Below the pieces are notes generated by a model. The model had not been told where the DNA came from and ran no database searches. It saw nothing but the letters and a program-made list of their open reading frames with translations. A stretch of DNA of 64,000 nucleotides, from contig OY843592.1 in NCBI GenBank assembly GCA_963692865.2, positions 256,001 through 320,000 on the forward strand, given 5' to 3'. Source of the stretch: a bacterium (GTDB lineage Bacteria > UBA8248). The translations under genes and the position numbers were made by a program. Numbering within the stretch: position 1 is the first letter of the stretch; each line of letters starts with the position of its first letter. Positions 38,976 to 49,207 of this stretch are shown here, piece by piece.

Positions 38976-39614
38976 ATGACGGTTCCCGAAAATCCGAAGA
39001 TTTACCACATCGTTCATGTAGACCGCCTACCATCCATTCTCTCCGAGGAATACCTGTGGTGTGACGCCGAAGTCATAAACCGAACGATCACAGGCACTAC
39101 TATCGGCATGAACAACATCAAGCATCGGCGGTTGGAAACGCCGCTACAATCTCATCCGAATCTCCATGTCGGTGGCTGCGTACCATTTTATTTCTGCCCG
39201 AGGTCCGTGATGCTCTACGTGATATACAAGGCGAATCACCAAGAATTAGCCTATCGCAGCGGACAATCATATATCATTCACTTGGAAGCGGATTTACACG
39301 AAACCGTTCGTTGGGCCGAAGATGTACAGCGGCGCTGGGCCTTCACACTGTCGAATGCAGGTTCGAGTTATTTTGAAGATCGTAGCGACCTTGCGCGACT
39401 GGACGAGATCGACTGGAACGCGATACGAGCGACAAACTGGCAACATTGCAAGGAGAAAAAACAAGCGGAGTTCCTGATTGAACGAACATTCCCATGGGAG
39501 CTTGTAGAACGGATTGGCGTACAGAATCCACAAGTTTTCAGGCAAGTGAAAATCGAACTTGAGAAAACCACACACCAGCCCGTTGTTGAAATCAAGCCGG
39601 GTTGGTATTATTGA
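38976..39614 (+). CDS. darT: DarT ssDNA ADP-ribosyltransferase toxin (DUF4433)
   Basis: IYHIVHVDRLPSI, CVPFYFCPRSVMLY, FTLSNA, KQAEFL. Confidence 0.93.
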   Translation: MTVPENPKIYHIVHVDRLPSILSEEYLWCDAEVINRTITGTTIGMNNIKHRRLETPLQSHPNLHVGGCVPFYFCPRSVMLYVIYKANHQELAYRSGQSYIIHLEADLHETVRWAEDVQRRWAFTLSNAGSSYFEDRSDLARLDEIDWNAIRATNWQHCKEKKQAEFLIERTFPWELVERIGVQNPQVFRQVKIELEKTTHQPVVEIKPGWYY

Positions 39615-39626
39615 TTTAACCGGGAG

Positions 39627-40706
39627 ATGGCAATGATCGAACACAAGACAGGCAACATTCTTGTGGAAGATGTGGAAGCATTGGTCAATACCGTCAACTG
39701 CGTGGGTGTGATGGGGCGTGGCATCGCCCTTCAATTCAAAAAAACATTCCCGGAAAATTTCAAGGCATATGCGGATGCCTGTAAGCGAAACGAAGTCCAG
39801 CCCGGCAGAATGTTCGTCTTCGAAACAGGCAGACTCACCAACCCACATTACATAATCAATTTTCCGACCAAGCGGCATTGGCGCGGCAAAAGTCGCATAG
39901 AAGACATTGATGACGGCTTGAAGGCCCTGGCGGAGGAAATCCGATCTCGTGATATTCGCTCGATTGCACTGCCGCCTCTGGGTAGTGGACTGGGCGGATT
40001 GAATTGGCGCGAGGTACGGCCTCGAATAGAAGCGATGCTCCAGGAATTCAGCCACTTAAAAGCCGTCGTGTTCGAACCGGGCGGCGGCCCTGCTGATGAT
40101 AAACGGGCTAACCGTTCGACAGAAGTTCCTAAAATGACACAAGGGCGGGCAGTACTGGTCAATCTGATGCGCCGCTATTTGGACGGATTACTCGATCCGT
40201 TTGTGACACTGCTGGAAGTTCATAAACTCATGTATTTTATGCAAGAAGCCGGAGAGCCATTGAAGCTGCACTTTCAGCAAGCGCATTATGGGCCATATGC
40301 AGAGAATCTGCGGCACGTACTGCGGGAAATAGAAGGTCACCTCGTGTCAGGATATGAAGACGGGGGAGATGCTCCCGATAAACAACTGGAACTCGTACCG
40401 GGAGCTGTCGAAGATGCGTGTGCCTTCCTAAAAAATCATCCTCAGACCCAGTCGCGCTTCGACAAAGTGTCCGAACTCGTCGAGGGTTTCGAGTCGTCCT
40501 TCGGCCTCGAACTTTTGACAACGGCGCATTGGGTCGTCGACAAGGATCATGCCCGAACACTTAATGAGGTAATACAGAAGATCCACTCCTGGAGCGACCG
40601 GAAAAAGCAATTTTCCAGGCGTCAGGTTCAGATTGCATGCGAAGCGCTATCGGAGCAGGGCTGGATCGAAATGCCGGAAATTGCAGATTCCTTATCACCA
40701 ACCTAA
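39627..40706 (+). CDS. darG: DarG macrodomain antitoxin
   Basis: ALVNTVNCVGVMGRGIALQFK, INFPTKRHWR, PPLGSGLGGL, HKLMYFMQ, YGPYA, GLELL. Confidence 0.95.
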   Translation: MAMIEHKTGNILVEDVEALVNTVNCVGVMGRGIALQFKKTFPENFKAYADACKRNEVQPGRMFVFETGRLTNPHYIINFPTKRHWRGKSRIEDIDDGLKALAEEIRSRDIRSIALPPLGSGLGGLNWREVRPRIEAMLQEFSHLKAVVFEPGGGPADDKRANRSTEVPKMTQGRAVLVNLMRRYLDGLLDPFVTLLEVHKLMYFMQEAGEPLKLHFQQAHYGPYAENLRHVLREIEGHLVSGYEDGGDAPDKQLELVPGAVEDACAFLKNHPQTQSRFDKVSELVEGFESSFGLELLTTAHWVVDKDHARTLNEVIQKIHSWSDRKKQFSRRQVQIACEALSEQGWIEMPEIADSLSPT

Positions 40707-40818
40707 ACAGCGAGAGAAACACAAGAACCCGGATCAACGACAAGTTATTACAAAGAGTATTTCTCCGCTTCTTTTGCCCCTCCCGACACCGCGCCTGGCG
40801 ACGAACCGCTCCCCGCAA

Positions 40819-42204
40819 TCAATACGTGAGCTTCGAGAACCCCTCGAACAGGTGCGCGAGGAACTTCTCGGACTGGAGAACCCCCGAGACCTGCGCGTAT
40901 TCGTTCGCCGCGTGCTTTCGCATGGCGTTGCACGGAAGCCCGCCTATCCAGGGCACGCCCAGCTCCTCCGTCCATAGGGCCACGGGCATCCCCGCCGGGT
41001 GCACGGGCCAGACTTCGGGGTCCGCGCCCATGTCCGCATGGGCCTGGAGGAAGCACTCGATTAGCGGATGCTCCAGCGGCGTTCCGCCTCCCGCGTAGTG
41101 GTTGTTCACGACGAACTCGACGTCGCCGTAGCCGCCCTCGGCCAGTATGTTGCGCACGTTCCCGATGCGCTCGTCGGGGTCTTCGCCCGGCTGGAAGCGC
41201 ATGTTCACCACGGCCTGGGCTTGCGCGGGAATGCTGACCTTGACGGATTTCCCCTCGCCCACGAAGCCCGCGTGAAGACCCGTCAAGGTGAATTCCGCCT
41301 TGAACAGGTGCGAGCGGACGGCGGCGTGGAAATCATCCTGCCGGAAGCGCTCGACCCCCAGGCTCCGCTTCATCCTTTCGGGGTCCATCCGCTCTGCGAG
41401 CTTGCGGCAAAGCTCTTCCTCGGCCTCGCTCGGCGTCCAGCCCTCGCCATTCTGATAAATCTCCTCGAGCCTCGCCTGAAGGTAGGCGATCGCCTCCACG
41501 ATGCGCTCCGCCGGATTGCCTATCCAGTTGCAGTTGAGCGCGTGAATCTCGTTGCCCACCGGCCCGCCCCACTCCCCGGGACGGCAGAAGAGCCTGCCCA
41601 TCAGGTTGCCCTTGAGACCCAGCGGGACGATGGGCGTGCCGTCGGTCTGCCCCATCGGGCAGAGCCAGTAGGCCGCGTTCGCCTTTTGCATCTTCTCCTT
41701 GTAGCGCGGGAAGAAATCCTTGATGCCGCCGCTTCCGAGTTCGGACGCCTCGTGGACGAACATGAGGTTGAGCGGGAGCTTCTCCCCCGCGGCGCGCGCC
41801 GCGTAGACGGCGTTCATCACGCAGGCGATGCCGGTCTTCATGTCCTCCGCTCCCCGACCCACGATGCAGGGCCCCAGGCCTTCGAGTTCCTGGATCCGGG
41901 GATCGAAGGGAGGATTGATCCAGCCCGGTTCTTCGGCCGGCGTCACGTCGTAGAGGCCGTGGCAGAGGAGCGTTCGCTCGGCGCCTTCGTCGATAAGGCC
42001 GTAGACGACGGGAAACTCCGCCGTTTCCACCATCTCCGCCTCGCCGCCGACCTCGATGATTTCATCGGCCAGCATCCGCGCCATCTCGTCGTTGCCGAGG
42101 TTGAGCGCCGAGACGCTCGGCTGGCGTATGTATTTCAAAAGGCGTTCGATGTGGGTGGATTCGAAATCCGCTTCGATTTGCGCGATGACCCGTTCGACGT
42201 CCAT
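40819..42204 (-). CDS. M20-family metallopeptidase/amidohydrolase
   Basis: HGLYDVTP, GRGAEDMK, SELGS, HAANEY. Confidence 0.88.
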   Translation of the reverse strand: MDVERVIAQIEADFESTHIERLLKYIRQPSVSALNLGNDEMARMLADEIIEVGGEAEMVETAEFPVVYGLIDEGAERTLLCHGLYDVTPAEEPGWINPPFDPRIQELEGLGPCIVGRGAEDMKTGIACVMNAVYAARAAGEKLPLNLMFVHEASELGSGGIKDFFPRYKEKMQKANAAYWLCPMGQTDGTPIVPLGLKGNLMGRLFCRPGEWGGPVGNEIHALNCNWIGNPAERIVEAIAYLQARLEEIYQNGEGWTPSEAEEELCRKLAERMDPERMKRSLGVERFRQDDFHAAVRSHLFKAEFTLTGLHAGFVGEGKSVKVSIPAQAQAVVNMRFQPGEDPDERIGNVRNILAEGGYGDVEFVVNNHYAGGGTPLEHPLIECFLQAHADMGADPEVWPVHPAGMPVALWTEELGVPWIGGLPCNAMRKHAANEYAQVSGVLQSEKFLAHLFEGFSKLTY

Positions 42205-42231
42205 CGGAAAACCTCCTCATCCCCCGCGGGG

Positions 42232-42543
42232 TCAGGGAATCATGACACCGAGCAGCGGCCCGTGCTGCTGCGCTCCGTACACGTCTCGGTCGCCCGGCGC
42301 GCCCGAGGTCGGTCCCTTCCTCGGCATGGTGATCTTGATGGCGTTGGCCGCGTCGAAATGCACGATCTTCACCTCCTCGGGCGCCATCTCGTAGAGTTCT
42401 GAAACCACGCCCGGCGTGAGCGCCTCGCTGTCGGCCACGCGCCGGTAGGTCTCCTCGTCGGCGAACAGCAGATCGAGCGTGATGTGCAGCGGGCCCGCGT
42501 TCTTGCTCCGGAACACCTCGGCGAGGTCGTAGAGCCGCTCCAC
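42232..42543 (-). CDS. DUF4387-family protein
   Basis: RSKNAGP..TLD, AIKIT.PR, GDRDVYGAQQH. Confidence 0.88.
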   Translation of the reverse strand: MERLYDLAEVFRSKNAGPLHITLDLLFADEETYRRVADSEALTPGVVSELYEMAPEEVKIVHFDAANAIKITMPRKGPTSGAPGDRDVYGAQQHGPLLGVMIP

Positions 42544-42545
42544 CC

Positions 42546-43910
42546 TCAGCCCACCTGCGCGAATTCGACCTCGAAGGGCGCCGCGGCGTCTTCGAGCTCC
42601 ACCAGGTGATAGATGTGGAACTCATACACCGGCCCGCCCTCGAAATCGGACGGCGAGAACGGGAAGGCCAGGTTCCCGGCGGTGGCCTTTCTACCCTCGA
42701 AGCCCGCGTGCAGGAACGTGCTCCGCGTGAGGGAGAGCACCGCGTTCGCCGTCGTCTGGTCACTGGCGATCGCCTCCATGACTACGCCGACCTCCCGTGG
42801 AGCGCTCGATTCATTAGCCGCCGGACGGCCCATGACGCCGTCGCGCCCGTAGAAGATGAAGCGAAGCTCGTAATCCTCGGGCGAGAGCGCACCCCGGACC
42901 ATATCCGCGACGGTGTTTTTCACGTTCGCCTCCACCTCGTCGAGACTCGCGAGCAGCCTGGGGTCCGTCATCCCGGCGACGGCGATGGTGCGGAATCCCC
43001 TTAAGCGCACGCCTTCGATCTTGATGGTCGGGGTCTGTGCTTGCACGAAGCGGCTGCCGCTCACCCGCACGCGGCGCTCGCCGATTTGTTCGAACTCGGA
43101 GTCCTTGAGGTCGATCATCCCCTCGGGTTCATAGAACAGATAGGGGTCGGGCTGTTCGTACATCATGTGGGCCGCCACGGAGTTCGGCGTTACGCGCATC
43201 CCCTCGTTCATCGGCTCGAGTTCGAAATGATCTTCTCGTAGCGTGCCCAGAATGCAGTCGTTCGCCCCGATGGGCAGGGCGCACTGCGCGCCGCACTCGA
43301 TGATCTTCGCCATGTGGAAGGCGAGGCCGAGATCGTACCCGCGCATCGCGGCGTAAGAGGTATAGATGGCCGTATCGCAGGAGCGTCCGGCGAGAACGAC
43401 TTCAGCCCCTCCTTCCAGAGCCGTCATGAAGGGCTCCAGCCCCATCTGGCCCACGATGCGCACGCTCTCGTCCACCATCTCCTCGGTGAGTTCGGGGAGT
43501 TTGCCCAGAGTGCGCGTCCTCTTCTCCCGCACGGCGCGTTTGACGAATTCCTTGTCCATCTCGGAGCGGATCACCGCCAGCTTGAAGCGGTGCCCGTCGC
43601 GTTTCGCCAACTCGTGCATCGTGTCGAGCACGCTGCCCACGTGGGGGTTTCCGCCCGCCGTACCGGCGGAGCCGATGATGTAGGGAATCTTCTTCTTTCT
43701 GGCGGCGGCCAGCGAAAAGCCCAGGTCCCTGCGAATCTGCTCGCGCTTGGTGAGTTGATCGCCGCTGCCGAGGTAGTAGGGCCCCGCGTCGGTGGAGCCG
43801 TTGTCCGCCCCCATGACGTGCGGGTCGCGGGCGAGGCCGTTTTCGAGCGAGGCTTTGGGGAATCCATAGCCGAGATTGCCGCATACGGACAATACCCTGA
43901 GTTCATCCAT
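42546..43910 (-). CDS. AtuA-like (DUF1446) protein
   Basis: LGYGFP, GSTDAGPYYLG, VGQMG, AGRSCD, AKIIECGAQCA, TAGNLAFPFSPSD. Confidence 0.88.
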   Translation of the reverse strand: MDELRVLSVCGNLGYGFPKASLENGLARDPHVMGADNGSTDAGPYYLGSGDQLTKREQIRRDLGFSLAAARKKKIPYIIGSAGTAGGNPHVGSVLDTMHELAKRDGHRFKLAVIRSEMDKEFVKRAVREKRTRTLGKLPELTEEMVDESVRIVGQMGLEPFMTALEGGAEVVLAGRSCDTAIYTSYAAMRGYDLGLAFHMAKIIECGAQCALPIGANDCILGTLREDHFELEPMNEGMRVTPNSVAAHMMYEQPDPYLFYEPEGMIDLKDSEFEQIGERRVRVSGSRFVQAQTPTIKIEGVRLRGFRTIAVAGMTDPRLLASLDEVEANVKNTVADMVRGALSPEDYELRFIFYGRDGVMGRPAANESSAPREVGVVMEAIASDQTTANAVLSLTRSTFLHAGFEGRKATAGNLAFPFSPSDFEGGPVYEFHIYHLVELEDAAAPFEVEFAQVG

Positions 43911-44004
43911 GCGAGACTCCTGGGGCATTTTGACTGGAAGATACGCGAAACCTGCGCGATCGCACCTGCCCGGTAAACGCCGCGTAATCCGGCGTCAGCA
44001 ACGC

Positions 44005-44442
44005 CTACGGCTGGACCCGCAGCCGCTCGGGCTCGATGATGGCCTCCGCCGTTATCTCGATCATCGCGTCGGGAGGACCGAGGCGGGAGATCTCGATGAG
44101 CGTGCTGGCTGGTCGGACGTTCTTGAAGTATTTGAAGCGCTCATCCGAATGCTTGTAGTACTCCATGATGTCGGTCACGTACGTCGTGGAGCTGACGATG
44201 TCGTCGAACGTAGCGCCCGCGTGGGCCAGACCCTTGCCGATGTTCTCGCAAGTCACCCGTATCTGGGTGCGCATGTCGCCGACGCCTTCCACTTCGCCGC
44301 TCGGCTTGCGGGGCACCTGGCCGGAAAGATAGATGTGCGCGTGGTCCGATCCGTGAATCGTCACCACGGGCACGTAGAGCAACTCGCCGTTCTCCACGCG
44401 GGACCACATATCGTCGGGCTGCATGAACTGTCTCTGGATCAT
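44005..44442 (-). CDS. Rid (YjgF/RidA)-family protein
   Basis: IYLSGQV, F..RPASTLIEISRL, IEITAEA. Confidence 0.85.
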   Translation of the reverse strand: MIQRQFMQPDDMWSRVENGELLYVPVVTIHGSDHAHIYLSGQVPRKPSGEVEGVGDMRTQIRVTCENIGKGLAHAGATFDDIVSSTTYVTDIMEYYKHSDERFKYFKNVRPASTLIEISRLGPPDAMIEITAEAIIEPERLRVQP

Positions 44443-44468
44443 CTCGTCGTTCCTCTCTAGGTGTTCGT

Positions 44469-45284
44469 TTAATCCGTCACCCATGCGGGTTGGCCATCGG
44501 ACTGCCCCATCAGGCCCGCCAGCGTCTCGGCCACCTTTCTTTCGCACTCGAGAAACTCCACCGAAAGAACGTCGCGCGGACGGGGCAGGTCGATCTTGAT
44601 CTCCTCGGCGATTCGTCCGGGGCGCGGCGACATCAGGAGCACCCGGTCTGAGAGATAGGCCGCCTCGCGGACGCTGTGGGTCACGAAGAGGACCGTCTTG
44701 TGGGTTTCCATCCACACCTGCACGAGAAGCTGCTGGAGGCTCGAGCGGGTCTGGGCGTCCAGGGCGCCGAAAGGCTCGTCCATGAGCATCACCTCGGGGT
44801 CGAAGGCCAGCGCGCGCGCGATGCCCACGCGCTGCTTCATGCCGCCCGAGAGGCGGTAGGGATAGACGTTCTTGAAACTCTCGAGTTCCACGAGCCGCAA
44901 GAGGCGATCGACCACGGGGTCGCGCTCGGCTTTGGGGATTCCCTTCATGCGCATGCCGAAGCGGACGTTTCCGGCCACTGTCAACCACGGGAAGACGGCG
45001 AACTCCTGGAACACGACGCCGCGGTCGAAACCCGTGTCGTTAATGTGGTGGCCGTCCAGGACGACGTCGCCCGAGGTTTTTTCATACAGTCCCGCCACGA
45101 TCATCAAGAGCGTGCTCTTGCCGCACCCGCTCGGCCCGATGAGGGAGATGAACTCGCCGCTTCGCACCTCGAAGTTCACCGATTCGAGCGCGGTGATATC
45201 CGTCGTCCGCCCCCATCCCTCGTCGATGGTGAAGACCTTGTCCAGATCCGTAATCTGGAGTTTTACGGGACCCTGTATCGCCAA
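44469..45284 (-). CDS. ABC ATP-binding subunit (TauB/SsuB/NrtD type)
   Basis: GPSGCGKST, LSGGMKQR, LMDEPFGALDAQTR. Confidence 0.95.
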   Translation of the reverse strand: MAIQGPVKLQITDLDKVFTIDEGWGRTTDITALESVNFEVRSGEFISLIGPSGCGKSTLLMIVAGLYEKTSGDVVLDGHHINDTGFDRGVVFQEFAVFPWLTVAGNVRFGMRMKGIPKAERDPVVDRLLRLVELESFKNVYPYRLSGGMKQRVGIARALAFDPEVMLMDEPFGALDAQTRSSLQQLLVQVWMETHKTVLFVTHSVREAAYLSDRVLLMSPRPGRIAEEIKIDLPRPRDVLSVEFLECERKVAETLAGLMGQSDGQPAWVTD

Positions 45285-45304
45285 AATATGCTCCTATCGG
45301 CGCG

Positions 45305-46165
45305 TTATTCGCGCAGCGTTCCCCAGCGCTGGACCGTGGCCAGTTCGATGCTGCGCAGGCAGACGCGCTCCACGATCACGCCGAGAATTCCGACGACCAC
45401 GACCCCCCCGTACATCATGTCCGCCGCGAGGAAATCGCGGGCCGCGAAAATCCGAAAGCCCAGGCCCGCCTCTAAAGCGACTATCATCTCCCCGGTCACT
45501 ACGATGCGCCACGCGCGGCTGAACGCGATGCGGTAGCCCGCGATCAGGTTCGGCAGCGCGCCCGGGACCATCACCTGGAAGAAAAGCGTCATGCCCTTGG
45601 CGCCCATGGCCCTGCCCGCGCGGATGAGGGAGGCGTCCACGGTCTTTACGCCCGTCCAGGCGTTCACCATGACGGTGATCATCCCCTCGAACCAGAGCAC
45701 GGAGATCAGCGTGAAATCGCTCAGCCCGAACCAGAGAATGACGATGGGAAAGAGCGCGAGGCCCGGCACGGCCAGGAAAAAGTACATCGGCGGGGCCAGA
45801 ATCCGCTCCACCGTTTGATTCATGCCCATCACCAGGCCGACCACGGTTCCCGAAACGAGGGCGAGGAACGCTCCGACCAGCAGGCGGTAAAGCGAAACGT
45901 AGATGTCGAGCCAGAGGATGCCGGACTTCGCCTGGTCCACCATCGTCACCCATATCTTTTCCAGTGGCGGAAACAGGACGGGATGGAGCGTGCCCGAGTG
46001 CGCGAGCAACTCCCAGAAGACGAGCAACCCGATCAGGGGCGCCGCCATGAGGAAAAAGGCCTTGCCCGAGTTTCGGAAAACCACGCCCCAGTTGGGCGGC
46101 CCGAGATCTCTTTTGGTCCCCGGCGTTTCTCCGGGCTGCGTTTGCGGTTTATTGGCCGACGCCAC
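45305..46165 (-). CDS. ABC permease (TauC/SsuC type)
   Basis: FPP, SLYR, LWFG, AGRAMGA, PGALP, GEMI..GLG. Confidence 0.92.
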   Translation of the reverse strand: MASANKPQTQPGETPGTKRDLGPPNWGVVFRNSGKAFFLMAAPLIGLLVFWELLAHSGTLHPVLFPPLEKIWVTMVDQAKSGILWLDIYVSLYRLLVGAFLALVSGTVVGLVMGMNQTVERILAPPMYFFLAVPGLALFPIVILWFGLSDFTLISVLWFEGMITVMVNAWTGVKTVDASLIRAGRAMGAKGMTLFFQVMVPGALPNLIAGYRIAFSRAWRIVVTGEMIVALEAGLGFRIFAARDFLAADMMYGGVVVVGILGVIVERVCLRSIELATVQRWGTLRE

Positions 46166-46179
46166 GAAGATTCCCTTTC

Positions 46180-47528
46180 TCAGCTTCCGAGAGCCGTTAT
46201 TCGTCCGCTCCCGAGAGCTTCGATCTGTCCGGGTTGGGGCAGGTTCGCGTAGGGGTCCGGCGCGATGGCGGTTTCCTCACGCTCCCGGGCGCACAGGTCC
46301 AGCGCCGCCAGGGCGAATATCTTCGTCGTGTCCACCAGCGCGTCGACGTGGATGTGCTCGCCGATATCGGCGTTCCAGCCGTAATCCGCATTAAACGTCC
46401 GGCCCGCCAAGCCGTACGTGATGGTCTGGACGCCGTAGCGGTTCATGTGGGCGGCGTCGAGATAGGAAGTCTTCACGATGATGTTGGGCTTTTCGCCCAC
46501 GATTTCCTCGTGCGCGTTGATCATCGCGAGTGAGGGCAGCGAGTCGACGGGAATGCCCGAGGGCGGATGCGAGGAGAACACCTCGACTTTGGCCCCGATG
46601 TCGGGGTGTTCCTCGTTCATCCGCTCGATGACGCCCTTGAACTCCGCCTGCACGTCCTGGATCGTCTGCCCCGGCACCAGGCGGACGTCCACGTACAGGC
46701 GGCACTCGATGGGCGAGCGCGCGCAGCGGTAGGGCCACCCGCCCTCGATGGCGGCCACGTTCACGTGGGGCCGCTCGCCCAGGAACTCGTTGCGCTCCCG
46801 GTATTCGGGAATCCATTTCCGGATCGCCGCCTGCACCCGCTCCATCCGCTCGATGGCGCTGGCCGTGTAGTGTCCATAACAGGTATGGCCCATCGACCCC
46901 CGCGTGATGACCTTGAACCAGATCGTGCCCCCGTGCCAGGGCGCGACCTGCATGCCGGTCGGCTCCCCGAGAATGCAGAAATCCGTCAGATAACCGTGCG
47001 ATATAAGATGCCGGGTGCCGACGCCGTAGCCGTCGTAGAGCACGTCCTGGTACTGGTCGATCCGGTTCTTTTCGATCTCGCCCGCGACGGAGGCCAGGAC
47101 GATGTCGCCCTTGAGCTTCACGCCCGCATCCTGGAGGCTTTCGCCGCGCCGAGGTAGGAGACATCGGCGCTTTTCATGTTGGCCGCGCCGTTTCCGATAA
47201 TCCAGTCCCCATCGCGAATCGCCTTGTTCTTGTAGCCCGGCTGGGTGAGTTCGGGCTCTTCGCCGGAATAGGAGGTGTCCAGGTGGCCGTTGAACATCAG
47301 GGAATAGCCGCCGCCGGTTCCCGGCGAGATGCCGACCGCGTTGTAGCGGCCCTCGGCCACCTTTTGCAGGTGCGCCTCGAAGCCGGCCTCCTCGTACTTC
47401 GCGTGCATGTAGCGGGCGGCATTCTCCTCGTAGCCGGTGGGGCTGGGTATGTCCACGAGTTCCATGGTGGTCTTGACGAGGAAATCCTCATCCACCGCGT
47501 CGACGACTTTCTTTTGAAGCTCATCCAT
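46180..47528 (-). pseudogene. M20/ArgE-like amidohydrolase split by a 1-bp frameshift
   Basis: N-half (NGHLDT, GNGAANMK) and C-half (GEIE, GEPT) join as ..AKALQDAGVKLKGD.. if one C is restored near 47135. Confidence 0.75.
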
Positions 47529-47647
47529 GATTCGCGATTCTCCTCAAGCGCACTTCATCATACGCATACAAATACAATCTCACCCCTCCGGAGGGCTAAG
47601 CCGCCCGCCCGGAGGGGTAAAAACGGTTCAAATTGATATTTGCCGCC

Positions 47648-48643
47648 TTATTTCATCAGAGCGAAGTAGGCGTTCTCCACCAACTGGGTGTCGATGTGCT
47701 TGGTGACGTCGATGCGCTTGGGCAGCTTGCCCTTCTTCACGCTCACGTCAACGCCGTCCTGCACTTCCTTGATGTCCCTGTGCGTGATCATCGCGCGGTC
47801 CCAGCGCATGAACCTGTAAAGATTGTTCTTCACCTTCTTCACGTCGAATTTGAAGCCCTGGCTCTTCCAGAACTCCTGCACAATCTTCGCGGACTCGTCC
47901 CGGTTACGGTTCAGGAAACGCATCGCGCGGACGTGGGCGTTCATGAAGCGCTGCGCGCCGTCGGGATTCTTTTTCCTGATGTAGGACCACGAACTCGTCA
48001 GGAAGACGGGGGAAGTGTAGCCGAGCAAGTCATCGTATTCCTTCGGCCCCATGACCATCCGGCCCAGGCCCTTGTCGACGATGATCGAGCCCCACGGCTC
48101 CCAGGTCAGCCCCGCATCCAGAGCGCCGCGCTCGAAGGCGGCGGGGAGCGAGCCGGTCTTGGTGTTGCGAATCTTGAAATCCTTGTCCGACATGCCAATG
48201 CGCGAGAGATACGTCATCCAGGTGGCCCAGGTGCCCGTACCCATCTGTGCGCCCACGGTTTTGCCCTTCAAGTCCTTTACCGACTTGGTGGTCTTGTCCT
48301 TCACCGGCACGAGAACCATGTTCTGGTTCCCGTAGCGGTTGAGCGCGATGCCCACGACGTCCAGGCCGCGCGCCGCGATCTGGCCCACGCGGGAGCCGCG
48401 CGTGCTGATGATGTCGGCGGTGCCGCCGATGAGAGCGTCAATCAGCGCGCGGGGGCTTGTGACCCGGCGCTTCACGTTGACCCCTTCGGCTTTGTAATAG
48501 CCCTTCTTCTCCGCGATGTAGGGGATAGCGGCGTGCGAGGTGTTGTCGTGAATCAAGTTGATGACGCCTTTCGCGGCCAGCGCACTCGAGGCCATACCCA
48601 TTACGACGAACATTGCAATCAAAGCCAGGCCGAACCTTTTCAT
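47648..48643 (-). CDS. ABC substrate-binding protein (SsuA/NMT1 type)
   Basis: Signal peptide, IAEKKGYYKAEG, DLKGKTVG, DAGLTWEP. Confidence 0.92.
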   Translation of the reverse strand: MKRFGLALIAMFVVMGMASSALAAKGVINLIHDNTSHAAIPYIAEKKGYYKAEGVNVKRRVTSPRALIDALIGGTADIISTRGSRVGQIAARGLDVVGIALNRYGNQNMVLVPVKDKTTKSVKDLKGKTVGAQMGTGTWATWMTYLSRIGMSDKDFKIRNTKTGSLPAAFERGALDAGLTWEPWGSIIVDKGLGRMVMGPKEYDDLLGYTSPVFLTSSWSYIRKKNPDGAQRFMNAHVRAMRFLNRNRDESAKIVQEFWKSQGFKFDVKKVKNNLYRFMRWDRAMITHRDIKEVQDGVDVSVKKGKLPKRIDVTKHIDTQLVENAYFALMK

Positions 48644-48725
48644 TTTACTCTCCTCCACGATTGAGAACCCATTGCCTCTACGTCAACCAGAGATAAAACG
48701 ACCTGAACCGGCGAGGAGCGCCTTG

Positions 48726-49073
48726 CTACTCTCTCGCCGGGTGAAATATGGCCAGCAGCTTTACGCCCTTCTCTCCTCCCGTCATGCTGCGGTGCATCGT
48801 CTTTCGGGGCAGGAAAATGCAGTCGCCGCCCCGAAACTCGATGCTCTTATCTTCGAGTTCGTACCGCCCTTCGCCCTCGATGATGTAGATGAGTTCGTCC
48901 TCTTCATGATCGTGCCAATCGTGCGTCTCGCCGGGGCGGAAGACCGTGAGCCAGGCGTCGACGTTCCAGCCGTGGTCCTCCTGCGATGTCATCCGCCAGG
49001 CCTGCGCACCGCCGTCGAGCACCTTGTGCTTCCGGGTTTCGGGCCTGATCAGGCAGGCTTCGCGGTCGCTCAA
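48726..49073 (-). CDS. Cupin-domain protein
   Basis: WHDHEEDELIYIIEGEG..GDCIFLP..HR; TTG start inferred. Confidence 0.8.
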   Translation of the reverse strand: MSDREACLIRPETRKHKVLDGGAQAWRMTSQEDHGWNVDAWLTVFRPGETHDWHDHEEDELIYIIEGEGRYELEDKSIEFRGGDCIFLPRKTMHRSMTGGEKGVKLLAIFHPARE

Positions 49074-49207
49074 TTCCCGTCTCCCCAAACACGTACCCGG
49101 CCCGCGAGATGAAAACGCCGTACAGAAAATTTGAGCCGCGTATGAAATTGAATGATATCCGAAGATGCTATGCGCTTGTTCCGGCAATGTCAATCACGCG
49201 AGGGGTG

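Noticed and set aside
13900-40760. Integron cassettes as the origin of the low-GC inserts
   Set aside because: No intI and no convincing attC structures were seen by eye
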